From NCBI GenBank assembly GCA_976226885.1, contig OZ320321.1, positions 46,128,001-46,192,000 on the forward strand: a stretch of DNA of 64,000 bases. The letters are read 5' to 3'. Position numbers and translations under genes: made by a program. The notes under the pieces are model-generated. The model was not told where the DNA came from and made no database searches. It saw only the letters and a list, made by a program, of their open reading frames with translations. Positions 48,751 through 60,598 of this stretch are shown in pieces; position 1 is the stretch's first letter, and each line of letters starts with the position of its first letter. Origin of the DNA: Iphione sp. A-MEVVRFRX5 (Eukaryota).

Positions 48751-50945
48751 TATACAGTGTGTGTAAAAAGCATAATTCTTCGAGCACTATAATCAGATTA
48801 TGCTATGTATTTGTTTATCTTTATAAAGCAGTGTGCAGTGTAGCAGTAATGCATTCCAACAGAGACCTTTTACACACAGACTGCTCAACACACACTCCCG
48901 TATGTACTCACATGCACAGCCAAGGTCATCACAGTCCACTGTCTTATACTAGCAACTTTTGCAGAAATGCAATTTTGTGAGGGGAAATCCCACCCACTGA
49001 TGGCTAACCTGTTGACTGCCCCAGTCATGGTCCCAACTGAGCAGTGCACAGTAACTTTGATCAAAAAGCCTTTTTTCCATGCAATGATCTTTTTGAAAAT
49101 TTGCAGTCTGGTAGATAATGCCTTGCTCTTTCCTACAAAGTTTGAACAAAATAACTATCTTATATAGTTCCATTTTTACAAATCTTTCAAAGATCTAATA
49201 CATTAGCATTCAGTGAGAATATTAGATAACAGAAAGGAACATACATCATAAGAAGCCTAATCTGTCAGATTTAATTTGATGTATACATGTATATATTGTG
49301 TATGCATTACGTATTATGAGGGAAATAAATTGAAAGTGGCCACCTCCCATTCCTTACACATCCTCTGTTCATATTCACATTGCTTGTTTTGTAATGTAAG
49401 ACTATAGTTCATGAAAATACTTTTTGAATGTTACTAATGAATTTGCCACACCTGAAAACATTTGTGTATGAAGTTTCATAGTTAAAAAAAATGTTTAGGC
49501 AAGTCTATCATGGTGCCACATTTTAGTCAGTTTTCTACAATATTTCAACCAATTCTTCTCTTTTTATGGTATGAAATCCTTTGTAATTCAACAACCACTT
49601 GTGCAATTTTAAAAATTCAAAAAGCTAAATAAAGGACAGGGTATACTCCAACTACTAGATATAGTGTTAATGTCATAGAAGAGATTTAGAAAAATGGTGT
49701 CACATTGCTAGTTATACTAGATCGGGTTGGGAGATATTGGAGTCTTCCCTCCTTGTAACACTGATGGGAGAGAGATAAGGGTCAATGGATTTTCCTTTTC
49801 TACCACAGACTGGTGGGTTACTGGATTCCCCTGAAATACCGCTTGATTCCCGTTTAACCATGGAATGATGGGGTGGGGTTATTGCAGTACCCTAGCTGTT
49901 GTACCATAGAATGCTAGGGCTTGCTGCATGGTTTGCCCTGGTACACTATAGAAAAGTAGGGGTTAACAAATTTTCCTGTTATACCCCATATTAATGAGTG
50001 CTACTGGAGTCCCCTGTTGTACATTGGAATATTAGGGGTTATTGCTCTTAGTATTCTCGCTGAAAGATAAGGCCAATCATGGCTGGATGGTAGTCCTGAC
50101 ACGGATAACCATAATATATGAGTCCAGTCTGCCAGAGCTGTCACCCAGTATGACAGAACCTGGCATGACCTATCGATGTAGATGTGCCCATCCCCTCTGC
50201 GATCTGCCAGGTCAGTGGGTAAAAGGCTCTGAGTGTGATATGTCACTGTACAGTGGGTTTTTTCCCTCTCTCACTCCCTCTTGTCACCCTTCATCTTTTC
50301 CACTCGAAGTCTTTACTCACTTATTCCCTCTCCTTCTATCTTTTATCTTCCCTCTCTTTCCTCTTAACCCCTTTTTTCATTGTGTCTTTCCTGATTTTTC
50401 TACTTTTTTGCTATCTCAACGTCTGGTTCACCTTTCCCCCTTTGCCTTCTCTTTCTCTCCCCCATCTCTCTTTCTCTTTGACTGTCTCTCTCGCCCTCTT
50501 TTGTTAAATCTTTTTCGCTCTATCCTTTGGTCATTTGAAACACTTACCCTGATCTGTCTTCACCCTCTTAGTCTTCTTTCTCCCCTCGCTTTCTGTTATC
50601 TTTCTCTTCCTATTGTGACTTTCTTTCTCGCCTGAACCTTTCCATTAAATGTCCTATCATATTTACCGGAGATACTTGAACATACATAAACGATTGTTCT
50701 AAAATGCTTAAGAGTGAGAGGTATATTGACTATAGAGACTAAAAAAACAAGCTTAAACGGCAGTTCTAAAATGGTTTGCCGTGACGCTACACTGATTTCT
50801 ATATCCCAGGAAACGTATTGAAACGAGGGCCCCATCACGCCAAGATTTTAAGAGAGAAAGGCCGCACTAAATTAATGTATTTTAGCTGTAATTTCACTTG
50901 AAACCATTTCAGAACCACTTGAAACCATTTCAGAACCGCGACTCT

Positions 50946-51047
50946 GTCTCGTGCTGGGCTGCATATCCCAGTGCCTCTGGCCTTGGGCTTGGACTGCGTC
51001 CAAGCCCTCGGCCATCGGCACTGGGATATACAGACCCAGCACTCGAT
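50946..51047 (-). repeat. Hairpin H1: ~45-bp stem, C-GCA-G triloop, symmetric GA/GA internal loops
   Basis: Minus strand reads gtgctgggtctgtatatcccagtgccGAtggccGAgggcttggac-GCA-gtccaagcccAAggccaGAggcactgggatatgcagcccagcac. Confidence 0.9.
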
Positions 51048-51290
51048 TCCGTCCTCAATCGCTTAGACTAATCACGGCCCAGTTAAATGCGTGTCAATGC
51101 GCATGCTTAGGAGGTCATAAGCATGTGCACTGCAGTCATCCAAAATGGCAGTAAATGTAAACAGACCATTGGAGAGTCGTTAGAGGTAAACATGCCTTGT
51201 AGTTGTACTGAAACTAAGACGGAAATGATTGAAATACAAGTATATTTTAATGAAAATCATTTTAGAACCGCATTTAACAACTCCATTTCG

Positions 51291-51377
51291 TTCCTGGTGG
51301 GAAGTTTAGACACTCAATCCCTCGGGGCTGGACTACGTCCAGCCTCTGGTTTCGTGTCTAAACCTCCTCACCAGGAA
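51291..51377 (-). repeat. Hairpin H2: ~40-bp imperfect stem, C-GTA-G triloop, one GA/GA loop
   Basis: Plus strand reads ttcctggtg..tttagacacTCaa..ggctggac-TAC-gtccagcc..ttTCgtgtctaaa..caccaggaa. Confidence 0.85.
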
Positions 51378-53110
51378 TTCAATTCCTTCATTAAACCCGA
51401 CGATCAAAGACATTCTGTGCAAACAGGCTAACAGAGAAACTCAGAACCTCCAGCCTTCAGTGAGAGCCAGCCAGTCTAGAAGCCAGCTATATTCTACCAA
51501 TAGGATTCATGCACTTGACACAGTGACCGGCTGATGAGGTTAGTAAGACAGAAAACAATCTACTCTGTGAGCTGTATTTACTCTAGGTTTGCTTTGAGAA
51601 CTGCAAATTGTATTGTATCAATATTTGTCCTGACCACTGTGAATTGATAGATAGTTTGTTTTATATCGTCACTGACAGAGAAGGGGAATAGCCACTTGTT
51701 ATGTCTCACTAATAAAATGGGCATTTTCTGGTAAATTGCACTATCTTACTCTTCATTCCAACCAACCAAACTAACCAACCAAACTACAGATGGGCAGATA
51801 AGGCATATCTTCTACAGCGGAAAGAAGATATACCAGATGGCCTATCATCTTCAGGAGGAAAACGCCCACTGGCACAGAGCTGAACACACAGGCAGATCGG
51901 TCTACAACACACACACCCAATCAACACAAGTAGGCACTTACACACTATCAATTCTATCTCACAGTATAAAATAGTGCATCAGCATCAGCAATGGCATCAT
52001 TCACGTACACTTGAACCATTATAAGATATAAAAATTGCGAAAATTATCATTTGTTTGAAAAAAAGACAAAAGTGACTTCTGTGATTTTCTTAATTCAATG
52101 TTATTCAAGGAGAGTAAAAAAGAACACTATAATGATATGCTTCTTTAATATAAAGATTATGCAATATTACATAATGTTTGTATTTGAACATAGCTTCTAA
52201 AGTAGGTAATTGTGGATCACATTTTCATTATTTTCTTCAATAAGAAGTCATAAAATGCCTCAAATATATTCTGAAGATAACGTTTTAACCACATAATCAT
52301 AAATTTTTAAAAGCCCTATGCCTTATCATTTTAGATGATTTTGTCAGGCTTATGTCCATGGATATATACTGAAATATTTACAACCAAGGTACACTGTATG
52401 TTATCCTGACATGCCATGTGTCTGTTTCTCCGTGGCAATCCAGTGTACTTTACACAATTCCATGTGAAACTAGGTGGCGAACAATATGCTCTTGGTTTGT
52501 GCTAAACATTAAAGAAATCCACAAATCGTTTAATAGATAACCTCTAACGTGAAAATTAACCACCGTATACGTATGATCGGTAGCCTTTGGTCGGTCCTTG
52601 CTATTTCCTCTTTCTTATAGAATGCTTAACCAAACTCCCCATTAAACTGAACCTTTTTTTATATGAAACGAATCTGGTTTGGTGCTGACTGACTGCAGAC
52701 GCCTATACATACGATTTACAACTCATCTCATTCAAATTAAGATTCGTAATTCTTCTTGCACATTCTAAAGTTTCCTTACCATGCGAATATCAACCGATCT
52801 TAAAGAGTGCATGTACATAATGTATACCTATATACTTGTACTTCTGTGAGAGACAATCTATAATCTGAGCGAGACTTCAAGGAATCTTGATAAACAACTC
52901 AGGGAGTGGAGATAAGAGAGACAGGTTATTAAGTACTGTATACGACATTCTTTGCTTGTTAATGGATAATGCAACATTCCACATACGATTATTGAAACTA
53001 CATTTGCTTGAGAGAGTGACATATTAAGAATATTCTTGGCCCTCCAGGAGATGTCTATATATGTGTATGAGAGGGGCGGCAAGTTGGCTAAGAGAGGGGG
53101 GAGGGGGAGG

Positions 53111-53112
<2 letters not shown>

Positions 53113-53165
<53 letters not shown>
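53113..53165. repeat. (GA)n microsatellite (others: (TG)n ~24670-24722, (TA)n ~27824-27849, (CT)n ~54146-54190, (GA)n ~60535-60597)
   Basis: Direct reading. Confidence 0.95.
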
Positions 53166-53173
<8 letters not shown>

Positions 53174-54141
53174 AGAGAGTTGTTAATAATGACAGGGGTC
53201 TAACTCGTTACTGGAGCATAACTATGTTCGTGTGTACGCGGAGGGGAATGAGCTGTCAGGGTGAGACCCGAAGGCTACTGATCATACACAGCGATAAAAA
53301 GCATTGTGGTCACTCTGCGGGCAAAAACATGGAAATGACGTTTAGTAAGGACAGGAATGTGCGGCTGACAAGTAAACAAATACATGGGCCTTGATCTTAC
53401 TCGCGCCAGTCACTCGGCCACTTTCTCCCTCATTTATACACTTCCTAGCTCAGCCTATTTGTAGATATATTTATCATGTGCTCGGAGAGGGATATTTTCA
53501 CGAAGATATTTTCTGGCACAGAGGGTACGTAAAAAATCCTTCTTCATACATCCCCGATTCCGTGCTATATTCCATGCACTATATATGCCCTGCAACTTTG
53601 TATAGTTCTTATTTCCAACCGATGTGGGTATATTCTATGTTTAACCAGCATCAAAATTAAAACTACGCAAAACTCTTTCCGCAGTATATGCTGATTTGAC
53701 TGGACATGAGACAGTCTGAGACCTATTCGTATACATGCCTATATATAGACATGTAGGTATTTGTTTTTGCTTTATAATCTGCGTTGAGTCAATTTTTTTC
53801 TCTCTACATGCACACATATTTGGATCTGAGATTCCCTCTTCGCTAAGTAGGCCAAACTGTTGAAAAAATATAGGAAATCTTTGTGTGGATGCTTAACATT
53901 CCCCGTGATATATAGTTCCACCTGTAGGCTCAGCCGTACATATACTAAAACCACCATAATGTACTCGTAAACTCGTACATTATAACGTGTATTTGCCTGT
54001 CCTTGTACTTTATCTAAAATGCACATGCATACATGTAGCGCTGATCATCGGTACTTCCAATATCTTATTCATTTGCGGCAATTCGCTCTAGTTAGTGCCT
54101 TAATAACCCTGATTTGATATAGGTTGGTGCGAGTATGGTAT

Positions 54142-54195
<54 letters not shown>

Positions 54196-55324
54196 GCGGT
54201 CTTATTTGCTCTTCGTCCTCTCTCTTTGCCCCTCTTTTTTTCTCGCTCCCTATTTCCACTAGGCGTCCCTGTCTTTCTTGCGCTCTGTATCTCGGCTTTT
54301 CTCTACAGCATACAGGAATATGTTCTGCTTTGTTGGTCACAAAAAATATATGCATGTACACAGCACTAGTTTGTTCAGAGAACCATTCTTACATATCACT
54401 TTCTGCTGGCAATGCTCTCACCCATACGATTTCCATGTGTAATTGTTGCTTTCACCTACAGACCCAGAATATTCCCCTGGGGTATCTGGTATATCTGGTA
54501 TATTTATTGATGACGTATTAACAATGGTGGGCTGAATTGATAAATGTATATATTTGCTGCTATGAGACCATACTGTAAAGCGACAAATAGCTTTAACATG
54601 GCAAAATGAACTCAGAAGGAACTTTTCGCATATGTTAACCTATGTAGCATAGTGCCACTATGTGACCAACCCGTGATGCGACCATATCAACATACGACCT
54701 CGCCTACCTATCTCATAATTCTCTACCAATCTTTACTTATACGTCTTGTCTCATTCGTTGTCCTGTCACTGTTTTTACAGTACTATGACCCCCCCCCCAA
54801 CAGAAGTATCGCCACACATATGTCGACCAATATTAATCCTTTGTCGATCTAGACATCAGATGTTTTTTGTTACTGTTAATGCTTTGAGCTGCATCACAAT
54901 ATAGCCTGCACGTCCAGTCTGTCACTCTGTCCCTCTGTGTGCGAGTGCCAGCCACTCAGGCCCCATAACAGCCAATCCACAGGGTCATTAACTTGGTCCA
55001 GCCTGTTGTTCACGGCTATTACCTCGCTGGTTTGATGGAAACCTGCCATGGTGGGGGCACAATCCCACTCGAAGTGAGGGGCTCGATTAGATTTGGTGGG
55101 ATACAGACAAGGCTTGGTCACATTCTATGCTCTTCTCAAAGTGAAGATGGAAACAGGGAGATCTTTGGACAGCATGCCTGGGGGCAACCATGGCAGTGAA
55201 GACGGCCACACAGAAAAGGATAAAGAACACATGTAGTGGCAAGATAGATAGAAAAAACATGAGGAGAAATGGTTGGTGATAATGAAACCATTAATAAAAA
55301 GGTGAATATAGTACATATATTTAA

Positions 55325-56206
55325 AGCACGGGCGCCATCTTTTTTCTTCTTTGAGCCTATGTAGCCGTGCAGTGCGAATATATCGCATACTGCACGAGGG
55401 AACAGCTGTGAAGTACGCTGCCACAGGTGAATGGGAGCGCGACGAGGTGTTGTTAGCTGTGGATTAGTGGGTGGGTGGTGTGCAATCAGTAGTAAAGTGT
55501 GTGGTAGACATTGAAAAATACATAGGCTGGTGATTTGCAGGGGATTCGAACCCATGTATTTCCATTCTGCATTAGATGCCTAACCCACTAGACCACGGCG
55601 ACATGACTTCTGGTTAAAATGAATTGGGTNNNNNNNNNNNNNNNNNNNNNNNNNNNNNNNNNNNNNNNNNNNNNNNNNNNNNNNNNNNNNNNNNNNNNNN
55701 NNNNNNNNNNNNNNNNNNNNNNNNNNNNNNNNNNNNNNNNNNNNNNNNNNNNNNNNNNNNNNNNNNNNAAGAGAGAGGAGAGGGAGAGAGGGAGGCAGGA
55801 GAGAAGGAGAGAGAAGGGGAGAGGGAAGAGAGGGGAGAGAGAAAGAGAAGGAGAGAGAGGGAGAGTAAGAGAGAGGAGAGGGGAGAGCGAAAAAGAGAGA
55901 GAGGCAGAGAGAAGGGAAGACAGGGAGGGAGAGAGAGAGGAGGGAAGAGAGGGGGAGATAAGGAGAGAGAGGAAAGAGAAGGAAAGAGAGAGAGGAGAGA
56001 CAGAGAGAGGGGAGAGAGAGAGGCAGACAGACAGAGAGAGAGGGGGAAAGAGGGGGAGAGAAGGAGAGAAAGAGGAAAAGAGAGGGACAGAGAAAGAGAG
56101 AGAGGGGGAGACAGGGAGAATGAGAGAGAAAGCAAGAGGGAGAGAGAGACAAGGAGAGGGACAGAGAGGGAGAGAGGGAAGAAGGAGAGGGAGAGAGGGC
56201 CGTGCT
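55325..56206 (-). mobile_element. Element A: TTAA-flanked, 7-bp TIR (AGCACGG/CCGTGCT), with purine/pyrimidine tract and tRNA-like A/B boxes (Kolobok-like termini by inference)
   Basis: TTAA at 55321-55324 and 56207-56210. A box TGGTCTAGTGG (55595-55585) and B box GGGTTCGAATCCC (55553-55541). Contains a 139-N gap. Confidence 0.7.
55630..55768. other. Assembly gap (139 N)
   Basis: Run of N. Confidence 1.
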
Positions 56207-56210
56207 TTAA

Positions 56211-56351
56211 GCTACATACAGAACGAGGGCATGCATGTAGGGGATACATTGTCACGGTGGGGATTTGACATACTCGGCTGCGCCTCGTGCATTCAAATCC
56301 CCACTGTGCCAATATATCCCCTACATGCACGCCCTCGTTCTGTATCTATCA
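56211..56351 (-). repeat. Palindrome P1 (~53-bp outer arms; core GA-ggc-GCA-gcc-GA on minus strand)
   Basis: atacagaacgagggcatgcatgtaggggatacattgtcacggtggggatttga pairs with tcaaatccccactgtgccaatatatcccctacatgcacgccctcgttctgtat with 4 mismatches. Core at 56274-56286. Confidence 0.92.
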
Positions 56352-57803
56352 CGAACATGATCATGTGGTGAAGGATAGAGAGGATTCAGGAGGTAAATCT
56401 AGTAAAGTACAGTCAAAAAGAATTAGAGTAAGAAGAAGCCATGTTAGATATTTAACATAAGATAATTCAAACAGGCAGTTAGAAATGTATCCAGTCATTA
56501 GAAATATATAAAATGTAGATAGGTAGATGGTTACTAATCAGAATTCATGCAACAAAATAGCAAACAATGTAGAGTTATGGTATGCGTATCATTAAGGAAA
56601 TTATCAATGCAAGATAGCAGTTAATACGGAATTATACATGACACGGAAGAAACAGAACTTGGAAGTACAGTGTCAAACAACAATCATTTTTCCAGTAGGT
56701 ACATTGGAAAACAACGAAAAGTTACTAGTGAATCAGTGACAGATGAGGACGATTGTGCCGCCCCTGCAGCCACTTCTTAACTATCCCTATCTCCCTAATT
56801 ATTACCTCTGCCGGACCCTCTCGATACTTGAATAGCACTTTAATAGTACACAACCTATTATTTCCAGCGGAAGTAGAGGCAGCTGGGTCGCCCCTTTCAT
56901 ACCCTTGTCGTCTGACTTTTAAAACTGCTGCATACCGGACTATAATGGGTCGCTGTTAGCACAAGGCAGACAGGCACTGGCGCACATACTGACATGAATT
57001 GGGCACTTCAGAGGTCATTGATAGCACTCTAAAGATCATTAGGGACTAATTACTGCGCAGCCGACGTCGAATTAAAAAGCGATTCAAACCAACGTCATGG
57101 CCGCCGTAGGAACGTGCAGACGGTAACTGAATGGTGAGATAATAATAAGTGTGTTGCTGGAGTGACATAGTCACGCGTGTCTCAAGCTTATGAATGCAGT
57201 GTTACGGCTTAGTAGGGAAGTGTAGATCGGTCTCCCCTGGATTAATAGCTAAGTTAATAATAGATACAAGATAATCTAGCTATTGGTAGTAAGGGCTTTA
57301 TCACGACTAGAGCTCAAGCTGAGCTAATAATGGGATGGATATCTGGCTACTCTAGGACCAGGTCAACAGCTAATCCTATAAATGGAGGATATCTGCTTAT
57401 TTCTAGTGGTATAAATCTACAGTAGAGCCAGGTGAACAACTAAGCTATGAATGTAGTGGGCAAGGTAATCTAATGGGAGTGGAAATAGTGAGGAAGCGAG
57501 GATGAGTAAGAAAGCGGTGGCCTTCGGTCTGGAGTTGGACGTCTCCCATGAGCACAGCATAGTCAAGGCCCCGGGAATCCCTGACAAAAGGAGATACATT
57601 GAACAGGGAAGTATGCTTTCCCTCGGACATTATACATTTTCACCAGAAAAATGGCTTGTTTACTGAAGGGCTTGCATATAAGGGTTTGGACAAATTAATT
57701 CTGCTCCGAGTTGAACCTGCTGTATTATAGCGAGGTTGCAGCATAGTTGAGATGACTGCGGCTCCATGGGTCATTGTAAATACTGTATGTGTGTACATAT
57801 ACA

Positions 57804-57937
57804 TGATAGATACATACCGAGGAGAGCATTGTACATGATATATTCACACAGAAGGGATTAGCACGAGGCGCAGCCGAGTGTGATAGCCCTTCTGGGCGAA
57901 TATATCAAGTACTTGCTCTCCAAGGTGTGTATCTCAC
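57804..57937 (+). repeat. Palindrome P2 (homologue of P1, inverted; core GA-ggc-GCA-gcc-GA on plus strand)
   Basis: agatacataccgaggagagcattgtacatgatatattcacacagaagggattagcac-GAggcGCAgccGA-gtgtgatagcccttctgggcgaatatatcaagtacttgctctccaaggtgtgtatct. Core at 57865-57877. Confidence 0.9.
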
Positions 57938-57941
57938 TTAA

Positions 57942-58056
57942 AGCACGGCCCCCTCCCCATCCCTCTTACCCCCTCTCTCTCCCCCCTCTCTATATCCTAT
58001 ATTCTGGGCGAATATATCAAGTACAAGCTCTCAGGTATGTAACTAACTTAAAGCAT

Positions 58057-58101
<45 letters not shown>

Positions 58102-59187
58102 CTTCAAGCCCTTCTGTACCAATACATCAAATACACATGACACAAGGTATGTATCTCACTTAAAGCACACCTCCCTTCTGCCCTCTATCTCTCTCTCTCC
58201 CCCCTCTCTCTCCCCCTCTCTGTATCCCCTCTCTATCTATCTCTCCTTCTCCCTTCCCTTGTCCCACTCCTTTCTCCCTCCCTTTCTCTCCCATTCTCTC
58301 TCTTCCTCCCTTTCTCTACTGTTACCTCTCTCTTTTCTCTCCCTCTCTCCCTTTTTTATCTCTCTGCCTCTCTTTGCCTCACTCCCTCTCTCTCTTTCTC
58401 TCTTCTCTCTCCCTCTCTGCCTTACCTCTCCTCTCTCTAACTCTCTCTCTCTTCATGCCTCAATCCCTACCATGCTTTCTTGCTCTTCCTTCTCTCACTC
58501 TTCCTCTCTGTCTTCCTTTCACTCTCCTTGCCTCCCTCTCTCTATCTCTGTCCCTCTCTCTCCCCTCCCTTTTTCTCCCTGTTTATCTCTCTTTCTCCTT
58601 TTCTCCCCTCTCTCCCTCCCTCTATCCCTCTTTCTCTCTCTCACTCCCCTCTCCCCTCTATCTCTCGCCCTCTCTCTCCCCTCCCTCCCTCCCTCTCTCC
58701 CTCTATCTCTCCATCTCTCTTCCTCTCCTCTCTCACTCCCTCCCTCTGTCTCTCTCCCTTTCTCTGGCCCCTCCCTCTCCCCCTTTACTACTACCTATAT
58801 CATGTAACAAAAGTGAGGCCTTATTGGTCTAGTACGTTAAGAGAAAACACATGTAAAACACATACTAATGCAGATGGAGGGCAAAAGCAGGCTAACGCAG
58901 CTCAACGTATGTAAGGAAACTGACACTTAGTGTACTACTTTTAACTGTGCCGCAGTGGTCCAGTGGTTAGAGTGCTTGCCTGGTAACATCTGCTATACCT
59001 GTGTGGATTCGATTCCCATCAGGAACTTTACAGAACACTGATTTCGTCGCCAATACCACTTGAATTGCCAAACCCTGTTAATTGCTCTCTCACACCTACA
59101 AATGCTAATCCAAACAATGACTTTCTGTGATATATTGATACACTTGGCCATATAGGGCCAAAGAGAAAAAAAGATGGCCACCGTGCT
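57942..59187 (+). mobile_element. Element B: inverted homologue of element A (TTAA-flanked, AGCACGG/CCGTGCT TIR, CT tract, tRNA-like A/B boxes)
   Basis: TTAA at 57938-57941 and 59188-59191. A box TGGTCCAGTGG (58956-58966) and B-box-like GGATTCGATTCC (59005-59016). Tail aaagagaaaaaaagatggccaccgtgct matches the element A tail aaagaagaaaaaagatggcgcccgtgct. Confidence 0.7.
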
Positions 59188-60534
59188 TTAAATGCAAACA
59201 CATGTAAATACATTCACATTATAACAAAACAAAATATGGCAGATGGTACTGTTCAATTGTACCTAACTCTCAACTTTCACTCACCGCGTTACATAGTACA
59301 TACATACTTTCATAAGCTATGGTTACCCTCGTCTTACAAAAATATTTTAAACGGCTTGCGTTTTTGTCTTTAATTGCGAAACCACAAGTGACCCGTGGGT
59401 TTTATTCAATTTGCAATCCGCATTTATATTGTGGGTGTTTGTCTCCTTATCCAACCGTCAGATCAGATGATGATTGACATTCCTCTCCCTCCTACTTCCT
59501 ACCTTCTTCACATCCCTTAACTGTATCTGTAGACTCAGCTCGATCCCTAGCCCACCCATACACTACCGTAAAAACTCGACTGAGACCAGCGCGTAGACCT
59601 TGGCAGTTTTGGTTGCGAATCTTCTCTAATTTTCAAATTCTAAAAAACTCCCGCTTTGTTCAAATTGTTTTCTTTGTTATAATGTAGAAAGGGAATTGTA
59701 TATATTCCAGCCTGCCAGATGATACGCGAAGACACATTTCTTATATTCTATGACGTTCCTTCTGCTAGCAGATGCCATGGCACACACTACTGAGTTGACC
59801 CGGGTAAAGAGTCAAATTAAAATGATCGGCAGTTCAAACACTAAAACCATACGAAACTGTGGTGGTGTTGGACAATAGCAGTCTACAGATGCAGTTTGAA
59901 AGGAAGAAAATGCTTTTCCCTTAGAGATATACAGTTGCATCAAGTGAATTCTTTAGGGTCCGAATTTGCATATACTTTCCATCCTTCTGAAGCTTTTCTG
60001 ATCAACACGCGATGTGCCTATTGATCAGATTATTAAAGGTAGGCGTAGGGGGGCGGGTACAGGTGCGGGTGCGGGTGCGGGGTTATATGATATACATGAA
60101 GGAGCGCTAAGCAACATGCAACTACATGTACATTAAACACCATTATCTGCCAACTGTAAAATCAGTAAGGAGGAGGGGGCTCGCTGGAGATGGGAGGTTA
60201 CTGTGGATGCAAGCTCTTCTCCCACCCTTGTTCCACAGGCCTGATGCTGATATCTTTTTATTCGAGGCAATTCATTTTAAACAAAAGAATATAAACAAAA
60301 ACACCGACGTGGCTGGTTGGAAGGTTGATGAGAGCGTTTGTCTCTCAGCTCACGTAGAATCAATATATAATGAAACGATTCCCTCCGTTACAAGTTTGAA
60401 TAGACCCACTGGCTGCAGCAGCTAAAGGTCAGGTCACTTCCCGTCTAGCCTGCATATTGATAGATAGTCCATGTCATACTGCACTGTGTATGCGGGGACG
60501 TGTGTGTTTGTCTGCATGTGTGTGCGTGACTATC

Positions 60535-60598
<64 letters not shown>

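Noticed and set aside
54894-55240. Coding-looking stretch (e.g. DLVGYRQGLVTFYALLKVKMETG...)
   Set aside because: In-frame stops upstream, weak splice signals and no recognisable family.
56219-56342. P1 as a Tc1/mariner MITE (TA|CAG...CTG|TA)
   Set aside because: Homologue P2 lacks these ends, and similarity continues beyond them on both sides, so the TA/CAG match is probably incidental.
57097-57610. Gene model in the central spacer (MAAVGTCR|gt at 57097-57122; MSKKAVAFGLELDV...EQG|gt at 57502-57610)
   Set aside because: No acceptor joins the segments in frame and no homology was recognised; unsupported without RNA data.
55580-58914. Long ORFs rich in L/S/P or R/E/G (also 46030-46688, 50042-50635, 54124-54521, 60445-60770)
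   Set aside because: They are translations of CT/GA microsatellite tracts, some running through N gaps.
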